DNA of 64,000 nucleotides from the NCBI RefSeq assembly GCF_009914755.1, contig NC_060933.1. The stretch is one strand, 5' to 3'. The stretch comes from the human T2T-CHM13v2.0 reference genome, Homo sapiens. Each line of letters begins with the position of its first letter. Position 1 is the stretch's first letter. The position numbers and the translations under genes were made by a program. The notes beneath the pieces were generated by a model. The model saw nothing but the letters and a program-made list of their open reading frames with translations. It had not been told where the DNA came from and searched no databases. Shown piece by piece: positions 49,248 through 61,443 of this stretch.

Positions 49248-52200
49248 TTTCTATTTTTCTCTGATATTACCTTCTAGAAATTAAAAGTGGACTTGAAAGA
49301 AAAGGGCAATGAAAAACAGTGGGGGGAGGAGAGAAAGCGAACTTTTTATTTTTTTTTTTGTGGTGCGTAGCAATCTTAATTATAACCACCCAATTAGCTA
49401 TTTTGTATTTTGTAAAAGGATTCAATAAATCAGCCTTCTCCCAGATCGGTAAAACTTAAGCATACAGACAATTGATAGTTATGTTTTGTTTCCACATCTT
49501 AAAAAAACAAAGTGAAGATTTTTGATTTTTCTATCTGCAGACCAGTCTTTACCAGCTAAGTGCCCCTCACCAGAGGAGCTGAGGCATCCCTATTGATAAA
49601 ACCCCCTGGAAATTGAACCAAAATTGGCATCCCTCAAAAAAGTTGATCCACCTAGAAACGGATGAATCAGTCCTGATTGGGTGGACATGCCCTTTCACCT
49701 CATTGTGTCTGACCTATCACTTAATTAATCTCTCCCAGAGCAGAGCTGTTGACAATACCAAAGATAAGCAGTATTTTGAACAAAGCAGGAAGCTTTTAAA
49801 AGAACAAGCCACAGTGAGGTTTGAGGCTCTTAAAAATGTGTAAATCATCAGCATTAGGATGTAAGGTACCTTTATAACGTAGCTGAAGCTCAGAGATGAT
49901 CCCACCTTTGCCAGAAACTTTCTGTGCCTTTCTTTAGCCATGGATGTCTTTAGACATTCATATTCTGCCTCTCCCCTCTGCTGCTGGTTCCCTTTCTCCT
50001 GTCTTTCCCTTTCTCTGGATTCATACTCTCCATGGCTACTTTCCTGAAAATTGTTCTCTGCTTTCCAGCCTTGCCTTTGGCTCTTCACATCCTTTTTTTA
50101 GTGTTAGGGCTGTCGAGGTAGTCAGCTTCTAAGGCTTTGGGGGACAAACTATCGACTGCATCTGCTGGTACCTATGAAGGAGGACATTTGTGCTGCAGGC
50201 ACCTTGGTGACATACAGGGAATAGTTCATTAATTAAAAGACTTGCTAATTGCTGCTTGAATTACTGTACAGAAGGAATGAAATGAGTTTGTAAAAGATGA
50301 CGATTTGGAGAATGCATTTTTTTTTGTTTAAAATATTTTTATAAACAGCTCCTAGAAAATGTGTTGCTTTTGCTGTTGACTCTATCGTCAACAATTCAAC
50401 TGAGCTTCAATTAATGATAATATATGGTCTGGGATCCTTCGCTGGGCCCGACTGATGGAAGAGCTTTGTTGAATTTGGTGCAGGTGGCACTGTTTAATAA
50501 GCACAGGAAAGAGTGAATAATGTAGTGCTTGCAAAGAGAAGTAAATGCAAAATAGATCGCTCTAATTATGGCAGCCCCCAGAAATGGAGATGCAAGCTGA
50601 AATGGCCAAGTAGCTGGGAAATTCTAAATAGTGTCGATTGTCCCCTGCCTTTTTACTTTCGAGGGCTGACATGGTAGCTTAAAAGTAAATTTGGGTGAGC
50701 TCATCTCACTCAACACAAACAGAAATTCAAAACCTGAGTCTGATGACCTATCAATGTTTGCCTTCACTGTCTAGAATCCATTACCAGATAGTAAAACTCA
50801 GCACTAAAACAGGGCCATCTGAACATTTCTTCCTGCAAGAGATCGGCACAAGCTCTTTACAACTAGCATTTGTATTTTATTGCAAAGTGCCAGGAGATTT
50901 TGTTTTTGTTTTTGTTTTGTTTTGTTTGAATTTCTTTATGCTTGAGAAAATTAGCCTATAGGAAATCAAAGTGTGAATACTTAAGCAAACAGAATTTCTC
51001 ATATACCTGCAAGGGCTTGTAGTGATTTTCATTCATGCAAAGATAATCAATGGGACATTAGTTGTTTTAATTAATGGAAGAATAAAAATGTTGGGGAGGG
51101 GTGCCAAGGGACTGGGCTTCAGCTGAAGCATGTGTGGGAAATGACTCATTCCTCACCTAAAGAGACAATGCCAACTTCCCAAAAGCAGGAGAGATTTGCT
51201 AATCAAACCAGTGGAAAGTTGGACTTGGGTGTGGGAGGGGTCCTGTTGAAAGTGTAGGGGGAGATATGGTGGTCACACTGGGCATTTTTCCTCCCCTGCA
51301 ACCTCAGTGTTCCCCTTGGAAAACTAACACATCCTACATCATCTTCTAGGAGAGGAATTGTCTTACTTCCTAGGAAGTTGCACTTTGTGCTGGGAGCCTA
51401 GCATGCTTTGTGATGGTAAAATAGTGCCAGTGGCTGGGAAGCTCAAATCAACATTCTTTAGCCTGGACTAAAGAGAGGCTGGGGCTGAATGGGTGTGCTA
51501 GACATGGGGTGATCTGTAAAGCGTGGCTCCAGCAAGTGGGTAGAGACCCTCGTCCTCTGATTGAGAACCCAAGGAGGAGCCAAGTCCAGCATCTTTAGCT
51601 AAAAACTCCTTTTTTGTTATGTAGAAATGTTTACCAAACCCAACTCCAGTCAGTGCTGGCTGGGCACTCCAGTCGATTGGTGTTAGCGTATGGGAAGCTC
51701 ATAAAAGCTTTATGGGGAAACCTGTGCTTAGAAATGGAGTTTAGAGGTGTCCTGCTGTCAGAGAAGGATGGCAGAGATGCCTTTGAATGAAGAAGGCTGT
51801 GATAGGAAAAATTTTTAGTCTCAAGTGCATGGAAATATGAGTTGTCAGACAGTCAAGGGTTCATCTGCTTCCTCCTCTTCCCCCGTCCCCACTTTTTCCA
51901 TACAAAATCTTTTGGATTCTCCTCTAAGCAAAATGTGGTTTCCTATGTGAGGAAATTTGTTGCTAGTTTTTCTTGTGCTTCAACCTGAAAGGCTGGCAGA
52001 GCAACCAGGTTAGCAAAATGGCCCTACTAGTACTGGATATCATTCTGGGCTAGATTAAAAAGAAATGATTGTCAATAAATGACTGTAGTTATACCAGTTG
52101 GGGAAAAAATGGCATCTTTTTGCAACATTTACCTTTTTTGGTTTTGCTTCCAGGGAAATTTACATCATTGCATGGAAATTAGCCGTGAGGGGATGCAATT

Positions 52201-53491
52201 AGCTATAGTGTATTTTGTTATAATTGTTCTTTCAGAAAAATCTGATCTGACAGATTTATATTGTTGACAATGTGATTTAAGCAGGACCTAGATACATACT
52301 TTCTGCACCCTAATCAATAATGGTAAATCCTTTTGCTGAGGTGAACAATCTCTGACCTAGTATTCATATTTCTTTTACCAATTCCCTGTAATAAAATTGA
52401 ACATTTTGTCACCACTTTGAGAAACACTGCCAAACACCTTAAAACACATGTCACATGCCAGCAGCCCCTCATTTCCCTCCTCCGGGAGTTTCTACATCTG
52501 GAATCATAATCACAGATAAAAACCTTGACAAAATTGCATCTGAGCACATTCCTCTCCGCAGCCTTTACTTTCTCATAACATTTAATACAATATTAATACC
52601 TGCTACTGAAAAGCAGGAGGGAGGAAAAGGGCTGCCAACCTCCACGTTTCCTGATGCATCATGTTCAAACCTGAAATTCACACTTCGTGTTTCATTTTAA
52701 GTTCAGTGCATTTAACAGGGCCCTAGAGAGAGAGCCCTGGTTAGTTCCCCAACCTGCTCAGCTGACGCCCAGGGAGGCGGTTTCAGAATTGTTCAGATCG
52801 CTGCAGGGAGAAGAGGAGGAGGAATTGGGCTTCTCTCTGCCTGCAACAGGCCAAGCCACTTATCTATTCTAATGTCACAGACACGGGGTTCCTCTTCGGA
52901 AACAACTAAGGCTCCACTAATTTTTATTGTCGATAGCGGTGATAAGCAGATTTTCTGTGTAGTGTGACCAAGGCAATGAGCTGATTTCGTAAAGAAAGAG
53001 ATAGCTATGCCTGAACTGATTTACTGCTGACTGACAGCCTCTCGCATCAATATAAAACACTCCCTGCTTTGCTGAATGAGGCCCACAAGCCTGGGAAAGG
53101 TGTGTGTGTGTGGGTCCTCATTGAAGATACAGAGCTTTTCTGCTCTCCCTGTGACTCAGCCTCACCCCACCCTTTCTTGGAGATAACCCTAACCCTGCAT
53201 TCCTGTGCAGTGGCAAGGAATCACCCTTCCTCTGCCTTACAAACAGGAGACAGAGGTTAGAGAGAAGGGGAAAGTGCAGGAAGCATATCCCACTGGGGGT
53301 TTCCTGGGGGCATGCATGCTACTCTGGAGATGGACTTTTGCATGTTGGTGGCTTTGTTCAGTCCCTGCCACTCTAACCAGAATTGGGATTGTGACAGTCC
53401 AGGAGTGTCCCCTCCCTTTACAAAATGTAAACCTCCAGGATTCTGGAAGGTTTAAATTGGTAACATCTCTAACAGCAGCCTCAGTGCAGAG

Positions 53492-53494
<3 letters not shown>

Positions 53495-53524
<30 letters not shown>
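53495..53524. repeat. (AC)n microsatellite
   Basis: About 15 AC units. Confidence 0.95.
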
Positions 53525-53526
<2 letters not shown>

Positions 53527-54019
53527 CCCTGAGCATTCCCACTTTGGTAAGGAAGGAGTATAATTTGCTGAATGGTGCAAGCAAGCCAGGAGGACAGAAG
53601 ATGTTACACTTTACTCAGGGAACAGAGGCGGGCAACTGGCCCTGTGACTGCAGCCAACAGCTTTAAGAACACAGTCCTTTCTGCTTCAAGGTTAGGGAGA
53701 CGTTCTCGCCTCTTTCTTCTTTGCAGTTATTATTCAAGAGGCTTCCCCCGACCCCAGTCCCCAGCACCATCCTCAGAGCTTCAGACCATACATTGACAGT
53801 GAGCAAAGGGGGCCCCAGGCAGGCGGGTCTGGGGCCAAGGAGGGCGGCTCCCCTGCGCGGATCCTTCCCTGGTGGCTCCCAAATCCGGCGTTTTCTCTGC
53901 CGCCTCTCCCTCGGGGGAGACTCGGAAAGGCTGCAAAAATCTGGGCGCCCGTTCGCTCGCTTGTCAAGAAGCAAACTGTCTTCACATTCTCCAAGAGCAA
54001 CATCCCTGCCTAGGAAGAG

Positions 54020-55730
54020 GAAGGAAGAGGCAAAATAAATAAAACCAGTTAATGTTGTAGTTAACTTGCAAATCAAGTAAATCTGTTGGTGCCGTATTTG
54101 AGAAATAAACCATCACAGCGTCACAGCAAACACACACTTCTGAACGTCTTCATTTTGATTTAATGGTATATCAGCGTCAACTATCGCTTCCTCTGCTGGT
54201 ACACACGGCCTGATGCCGCGGGAGGAGGGTGCCCATGTTTATCACCGAGTGAGATGACTAATTACACCTTGTCAATCACCGGCTATGAAGACATAAAACC
54301 AGCGCGCACAATGAAGTAGTTGCCTGCAGCGTCAATTAGTTGGCGATTCTGAGGTTATTGCGTGGCCCTGCTTTGGCCGCCTCTAATAACGGGACAGAGC
54401 GCCGGGCACCGCGCACTGATCAATCACCCTCCTTCCGCGGCCGCCCGGCTCCCTCCCCTCTCCCCCGCCGGGTCTGGCCTCACTTTCTCCGGGCGGCTTG
54501 CGCTTCCTCCCTCCGCGGCCCCGGCTCCGTGGCGCCGGCAGCCCCGGGAGCCCCGGGAAGTTTGCGCGCGGCAGCTCCGCAGCCGGCAGCCGGGAGCCCC
54601 GCAGCCTTCGGGGAGCGCCGGGGCTGGTGGCCCCTTTGTTGGAGGAGGCGTGGAGGGAGCGCTTTTGTTCTGAGTTAGTCACGGTGGCCGGCTGGAGGCT
54701 GCTACCTCATTATGCGCCGGGTCTGCTTGTCTGCGAGGAAGCAGATGGTGGGGAGGTAGGCAGCGGCGAGAGTGGCCAGACCTGAATTCCGTTCACCTGT
54801 CACCTCCCACAAAAGGCAGGTTCGGGGGACTTAGGCATTCGTTGCCACTTTCTGGGGGAGGGGGAGGTCGAGGGGCCGCCGTTTCCGGCGCCTGCGAAGG
54901 TTCCGTACCTGTCGGTGCCCGCTCCCCCCACCCCTTGCCTTTCCCTTGGCTGCAGCTTCTCGCACCGCGTAAATGTCACTCACGTGTCAGGATGTGTGTT
55001 TACAGCCTGTTCCTCTGCTTGTTTAGTCTCGGCGGACAGGGCTCAGCGGTTGCGCGACGTTCCCCGCCGCTGGGGGAGATTAGCAAAGTTACCCGCCTCT
55101 GGACCCCGGGGCCTGGGCCCCTAGATCCCGCCCCGCGGCGGGAGATGCGTTTGAGCCTTTTACAGACGGAGCGCGTCCCAGCCTGACGCAGAGGGATGAA
55201 TAGACAAGCGCACCGGGCGGGAATCCCGACTGCCTGTGTATCTGGGGTCGGCCCAGCGTTGGACGTGGGCTGCTGGTCCGAGAGGTGGCGACGGAATCGC
55301 GTGCCTATATGTATGGGGGAGTGGAAAGTCGCAGGGTGTGTTTCCACGTTTCTTGAGCAGCCCGCGGCAAGAGTTGCTGAGTACCCCACCCCCCGCCCCC
55401 AGATCCTAAGGCAGCCCCTCGAGCTTTCCAAACGTATTGTATCCAGCCCTCCCGAGAGTGGAGTTGCACCAAGGACAAACACTCTAGCGTCATTACAAAT
55501 TTTTTCTGCCCCTTGGGCGACCTCCAGATGAACCCTGGTGACTCTCAGATTGGATTTTCATTCCTTACTTTCTTTGAAAGAAAGTGCCCCAGATGCGTCA
55601 ATAAAACATGCCTATGTATTCGTGTAGGCGTCCGCATGCCTGCGCGCCGGCCGTGTGCAGGCGCCGAAGCACACGTCTGTGTGAACACACGGGCACGCGC
55701 GTCTTTGGGTTTAGTGGTCCTTCCCTCGCG
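54020..55730. promoter_or_regulatory. Intermediate CpG island preceded by an AT-rich, motif-dense block
   Basis: 54020-54430 contains CTAATTA, TCAATTAG, TTGTCAATCA and ATCAATCA motifs. CpG-rich sequence follows to ~55730. Confidence 0.65.
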
Positions 55731-55956
55731 TTGGGGCATCTGTACACATGCAGAATATACACATATGATTGTAACTTCAAGTTTTTTCAATTATGCAAAA
55801 CGACCTCGTAGGAGCACTTGCAGTGATTTAAGTAGAATCGCCTGAGCACGCAAGTGCAGGTATAACGTGCAATTTACCATTTTGCAGTTGCATCCTTCTT
55901 CCCAGCTCTAGACACTTACACCTGATGCGCATGTGTAAGACCCTAGCTCTTCAGTG

Positions 55957-56021
55957 GTGCTGGCTGTGATTTTGCCAACAGAGATAAAATTCGTGCTGGC
56001 TGTGTTATTGCCAACAGAGAT
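55957..56021. repeat. Tandem duplication, period 36
   Basis: GTGCTGGCTGTGwTwTTGCCAACAGAGAT at 55957 and 55993. Confidence 0.85.
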
Positions 56022-56644
56022 GAACATGTGTATTTGCACACATGAACACAAGTTCATGTGCTTGGGCATTACACGCATACATATATTTGTGCACACATAT
56101 ATTTGTGTGTGAAAGTTACTTACACACGTGAAAAACATGATTTCATGCCTCAACTCTGTACCCTGTGAGGTAAACCGCAGGTCCTGACTATCCCCTTACC
56201 TGTCCTGGCAAACAAGTCATTTCAGACTGACACCCGCCTTGTCCCTATTAGACGGAGCCAAACCTGCCTCCGAAGCAGACCCAGATGGGACTCTGTAACC
56301 GAAGTGCTTATTCAGTTTTTGTCTACAATCATTTTATTTCCTAAATCCCTCCCCCACCAGACACCTGGGTATTTCCCTCCAGTCCCCAGGAGACTCTAGG
56401 GTGAGCCTGAAACCTGGAGGCTGGGGGTAGCAGTTGGGATTTACCCAGCACGCTACTTTGTTGGCCCCTGGGGAGGTGGTGCAGCCAGGCGGGTAAGGAG
56501 GACTCGCGCCATCAGCGGGGTCTGAGACATGGTGTGCCCAGTGGGCAGAGAATAGGCCTGTGGTTTTTAAGAACCTCACTGATATCGAATGTGTCTTGGA
56601 GTGAGAAAGTTTTTAATGGAAAAGGAGCAAGAGAGAGTAATGAA

Positions 56645-56850
56645 ATAATTTGCTAAGTGCCTACTATGTTCCAGGCATTTTACATCCACAGTCTCTTTCA
56701 ATCAACACGTCCATGCGGAGGAGAGCTTCTTGTCGCCCATTATAAAGGTCAGAAACAGGCTAAGGGAGGATAAGTCACTGCCTAAGGTTACAGTGCATGT
56801 AAATGGCAGAGCTAGGATTCGAACCCTGGCCTTTCTGAGTTCCTAAAGCC
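56645..56850 (-). mobile_element. MIR fragment upstream of the LHX2 promoter
   Basis: AGTGCCTACTATGTTCCAGGC..AAGTCACTGCCTAAGGTTACA..GGCAGAGCTAGGATTCGAACCC. Many other MIR/L2 fragments in 1-45 kb are not listed individually. Confidence 0.7.
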
Positions 56851-57279
56851 ATGCTCGCCCCCACTCTTCCAGGCTGGGGAGAGACCGGGAAGAGCGAGAA
56901 GCTACACGCTGGGCTGCAGATTGGGCCCTAGCGGGCTTGGAGCGTGGATATGCTGGCTGGCCCCCCTCCCCGGGAGTCACAGCTCTCGCCGGTCTCGCCA
57001 CTCAGGCTCTGCCGGGTACCCAGGAGGCTTGCACGGCCGCCTGCAGCCCGCTGTGCAGAGCCCGGGCCGAAGGCGGAGCTCGATGGGAAACGGCCGGCCG
57101 AAGGCTCTTGCAACTCTGCCACAGGCCTGCCTTCCCGGGCCTCCCAGGCGGGTGCCTGAGGCCGCGGCTCCAGGCCGAGGGGAGACCGCAGTGAGACGAG
57201 CATCCCCTTGCTGCGCCTTCTTAGGATAGAGGGTTTAATTTTCCTTTCTGAAGATATCGCAGGAAGCTGTTCGTATCTT

Positions 57280-58266
57280 AAAAACTCCAAACCCCGCGCT
57301 CTCCCTCCTCCCTGCCTCCCCCCCACCCCCGCCCTCCAGCCTCGCCCACCAGCTCCCACCATCTCGACTCTCCTCTGCTCCTCTTGCCTCTCCCCTCCCT
57401 CTTGGGTCTCCCGCCTTCCCGGAGCACGCGCTGCCAGGGCCTGGGGCGCCGAGCGGCCAATGGCACGGCGGCAGGACGTGATGTCAGGCGCGGCTGTAGA
57501 AAAGGCGCGGAGGCTTGCGCTGGCGCGGACTGCAGAGCCGGGGCTGGGCTAGGCGCGCGCTTGGAGAGCATTGCGCGCGGCTGGGCCCGCGGCCGGCGGC
57601 TCCTCCTCCCACTCTGCTCCTCCTCTTTTTTCTCCTCCTCCACCTCCTCCTCCGCCTCCTCCTCCTCCTCTTCCTCCTCCTCTTCAATTCTCCCGGTGGC
57701 TCGACTCGGCTCGCAGGCTTCGGAGAAACCCCTACTCCAGTCGCCGACTCAGCGCCCAAGAGGGTCGCCTTGGGCTGGGGGCGCACCCCAGGGAGGGGAG
57801 GGGTCCAGGCAGCTGGGCCGCCGCGGACACCTAGCGGCTTCAGGGTGAACCCCGACCGCAGCCGTCGCCGCCTCGGGCAGAGTTTGCGCCCTTGCTTTGC
57901 GCCCCGGGCGCTGAAGCCGGGCGGGCGATGCCCGCGGCGTGAAAGCGCCCGCGGCGGGCGCCGACCTCTGTCCTAGTCTCCTGCTCCCCCCGCCCCGCTT
58001 GTCCCGTGCCCTTGTGACCCTGGCTTTGGCGCCGTCGCCCAGGCGCCCCGCAATGTAGCTGCCCCTGCGCCTCGGCGGGAGGCGTCCTGCCCCGCGAGCG
58101 CCCGGGGCCCGGAGCCCGGCCTGGGGGCTCAGCCGAGCTCGGGCGGGGCCGGGGCCGCGGTGGCGATGCACCGGGCCCGTTAGCGCCAGGAGCGCCAGGC
58201 AGCTGAGGCGGGGGGCAAGCCCTCCCTCGGAGGAGCCGCGCCCCCGGCCCCGCCGGTCCCGCCGCG
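57280..58266 (+). promoter_or_regulatory. LHX2: LHX2 proximal promoter and 5' UTR
   Basis: CpG-rich, with CCAAT at 57457, CRE-like TGATGTCA at 57479-57486, TATA-like TGTAGAAAA at ~57495 and a (TCC)n tract at ~57599-57682, all directly upstream of the ATG. The exact TSS cannot be determined from sequence. Confidence 0.8.
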
Positions 58267-58386
58267 ATGCTGTTCCACAGTCTGTCGGGCCCCGAGGTGC
58301 ACGGGGTCATCGACGAGATGGACCGCAGGGCCAAGAGCGAGGCTCCCGCCATCAGCTCCGCCATCGACCGCGGCGACACCGAGACG
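58267..58386 (+). CDS. LHX2: LHX2 coding exon 1 (aa 1-40, MLFHSLSGPEVHGVIDEMDRRAKSEAPAISSAIDRGDTET)
   Basis: ATG at 58267 in GCGATGC context. The 120 nt translate to the recognisable LHX2 N-terminus and end at a phase-0 donor ACG|GTAGGC. This exon is absent from the ORF track. Confidence 0.97.
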
Positions 58387-59878
58387 GTAGGCGCGCGGCT
58401 GTGGGGTCGGGGCTGAGAGCTGGGATGGGGCCGGGCCAGTCAGCGCCTCTGCTCCCCGAAGTTTGGGGAGCGTCCTTCGTGCCGCACGGGACTGGGTGCT
58501 GGGGATCCTCGGTCAGAATGCAAGGCCGGTGGCTCCCGGTTCGGGGGAAACCCGGCTGCTGGGACGCAGAAGGGAAACAAGGTTGAAACCGAAATCTCGG
58601 CCCTGGGGGTAGAGGAGAGCGTTTCTTCCGAACTGGAAGCGAAGTCCCATCCGCGGCCCGGGGCGGCTCCCTTCTCACCTTGCCCGGTGCCGGGGTCGAC
58701 AGCCCCGCGCTCTCCTCCACCTCTCGGCTCCGGTTGCTGGCGGCGCCGCGAGCGGCGCCAGGGAAGGGCGAACCAGCTGGGAGCATTGGGGCTCCAGCCG
58801 GCTTGGGCCGCTCCCAGCTTTCCGGCAATCGGGGATCCTCCTCAACCCCCAGCGCAGTTTCAGAGGCCGAAGTCTTCGGGGCCAACATTTGTCGTTGATC
58901 GCGTCCCCAGACCCTTGACTGGTCAGACTTAGCCAGGCCAGGGCTGGGAGTTCAGGCTCCGGCCTGGCCCTCGCCGAAGGAGACTCCATTTGGATCTCTA
59001 CACCTGGCTCCGCGGGCCCAGCCCCAAATAGCCAGTTCCTCGCCTCAGGCCTCCCTGGGGGCCAGACGAGCAGACACTGCCCGACCAGCGGGCCCAGAAG
59101 TGACCTTTAGGAGGCCGCGGAGGTGGGGAGCACGGGAGAAGCTTCTCTGCTCCGGGAGCAGGAGCAGCGGCGCCAGTGTCCTCCCGGCCTCTGAGCGCTT
59201 CTTCGGTTAGACCTTCTCTGCTGGTCAGTTTGGATAGGGAAGTATTTGGGTTGAACCTGTCCTTCACCCACGGACTTTGAGGGTGTCCCTGCACCCCACT
59301 TACCTCATCCCCGGACCCAAGAGGGCCCCAGCCCGTGTGGCAGAGGAGCCAGAAGTTGGCTGACTTGTCCTGGCCTTAACCTCTGGTCTAAGGATCCAGG
59401 GATCACTGGAGCTGGGGCCCAGGAACTCCGCTGTCTCTCCAAAGAGGATTCTGTGTGGAGGGTGACTTAATGGTCACCTTATCCCCCGGGTGGCTCATTT
59501 AAGAAGCAGTTTAGGGAAAGCTCTTGGAGGGCTTGACTGGAGTAGCTGTCCTGGTCCCTAAACACAGCCCGAGCATTTTGGGGGAAAGGACAGGGAGGAC
59601 TGGAAGGAAGAGAGGTAAGCACCAGAGCCATTTAGGCCAGGAGCCCGGCCTGGGCCCGTGGCTGGCGAGGGCTGCGCAGGCAGGCCTGGGTTCTGAACCG
59701 CCCAGAAATGGAAATGGGCCTTTTGGGGTGGGGGGAAGCGCGCCGCATGTCCTGGCAGCCCCCTCCGCGTTCAGGGTAGCCAAGGCCACAGAGGGAGTTG
59801 TGGGTGCCGGTTTCCCGGCGGCGGAGGGGCCGCTGGCTGACGCAGGCGCTGCTGTCTTCCGCCTCCCTCCCTTCGCAG

Positions 59879-60081
59879 ACCATGCCGTCCATCAGCAGTG
59901 ACCGCGCCGCGCTGTGCGCCGGCTGCGGGGGCAAGATCTCGGACCGCTACTACCTGCTGGCGGTGGACAAGCAGTGGCACATGCGCTGCCTCAAGTGCTG
60001 CGAGTGCAAGCTCAACCTGGAGTCGGAGCTCACCTGTTTCAGCAAGGACGGTAGCATCTACTGCAAGGAAGACTACTACAG
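59879..60081 (+). CDS. LHX2: LHX2 exon 2, LIM domain 1
   Basis: Acceptor ccttcgcag|ACC with branch-point-like CTGAC at ~59837. Encodes TMPSISSDRAALCAGCGGKISDRYYLLAVDKQWHMRCLKCCECKLNLESELTCFSKDGSIYCKEDYY, which has the LIM Cys/His pattern. Donor AG|GTAGCC, phase 2. Confidence 0.98.
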
Positions 60082-61039
60082 GTAGCCCCCCCACCCAACT
60101 GCCCCTCAGGACCCCTCCCCCCAATCTCAGGCACAGTCTTACAGTTTGGCCCTCTCCTTTCCGTTTAGTCCCAGGAGAGGGTTCACTACTCAGGACTCCC
60201 CCGCTCCCCCCCCAAGTTCTCCAAGCCACCACAAGTTGGGTGATAACCTTTTAAAGCAGCAATTTGGGGAGCTCTTGGAAAGGTCTACGAAGTAGGAGAA
60301 CCAGAAAAAAAGCAGAAGCTGCCCTCCTGCTCGGAGCTTAGACCACAAAAAAGCTTGAGTTGGGATCCTTGCTCCCCTCTCTCTTTGAAGTTTCTTGAGT
60401 TAATCCGAGGTTATAGAAACAGGCACCCCCAAACCTAGGCAGCCCAAGCTGGAGTGAAACACAGCTGGAAAGAGAGCTGTGGGAGTGGGTGCATTTCCAG
60501 GTCTTTTGAGAAAATGGGAATGAAAGGTGGCCAAGATCAAAGAACCAGAATCACTAGTAGACTCCAAGTTCTCTGTTTCTCCTTCTCCCCAGTTTTAGGA
60601 TTAGGGTCTATGTATATTCTCTCTGTCTCTGTCTCTACGTCTGTGTCTCTCTCTCTTTCCCTGTCTCTGTGTTTCTTCCAAATTATAAAAGTCAGTAGGA
60701 TTCCCAGGCGCTGGTTTGGAGGGAGGAGTAAAGGTTGAGGAGGGGGTAAGTGGTAAGTGTCTCCCTCCACTCCCAGGTAAAGGCTTTCCTAGGGCTTGCG
60801 GAGACTCTGGGTGAAGTAGAAGTCTCTGTAGGCATAAGTGTGTTAAGGGAAACTATTTTAGGACAGGACCAGGCCTGGGTCAAAATCTAGTTCTCTCTCC
60901 CCCCCATCCTCCAAATAAAGGCCGGGTTGTTCGTCTTGAGGAGGGGATTGCCCCCCGCAGCAGCAGCGGCACCTGGAGGAGGAAAAGGGGGGTACCCAAC
61001 CGTGTGTTCCCACAGCCCCTCCCTCCATGGTCCCTACAG

Positions 61040-61443
61040 GCGCTTCTCTGTGCAGCGCTGCGCCCGCTGCCACCTGGGCATCTCGGCCTCGGAGATGGTG
61101 ATGCGCGCTCGGGACTTGGTTTATCACCTCAACTGCTTCACGTGCACCACGTGTAACAAGATGCTGACCACGGGCGACCACTTCGGCATGAAGGACAGCC
61201 TGGTCTACTGCCGCTTGCACTTCGAGGCGCTGCTGCAGGGCGAGTACCCCGCACACTTCAACCATGCCGACGTGGCAGCGGCGGCCGCTGCAGCCGCGGC
61301 GGCCAAGAGCGCGGGGCTGGGCGCAGCAGGGGCCAACCCTCTGGGTCTTCCCTACTACAATGGCGTGGGCACTGTGCAGAAGGGGCGGCCGAGGAAACGT
61401 AAGAGCCCGGGCCCCGGTGCGGATCTGGCGGCCTACAACGCTG
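61040..61443 (+). CDS. LHX2: LHX2 exon 3, LIM domain 2, poly-Ala and basic KGRPRKRK motif
   Basis: Acceptor ccctacag|G completes the Arg codon. Encodes RFSVQRCARCHLGISASEMVMRARDLVYHLNCFTCTTCNKMLTTGDHFGMKDSLVYCRLHF...A10...KGRPRKRK...AYNA. Donor G|GTGAGT. The gene continues past the window. Confidence 0.98.

Noticed and set aside
55957-56021. 36-bp repeat as CRISPR-like or as tandem full NFI sites
   Set aside because: There are only two copies with no spacers in a primate genome, and the TGGC..GCCAA spacing is 9 rather than the 5 required for an NFI palindrome.
59840-59845. Possible in-frame alternative acceptor ACGCAG 33 nt upstream of exon 2
   Set aside because: The AG lies only a few bases after the probable branch point CTGAC and has no polypyrimidine tract before it.
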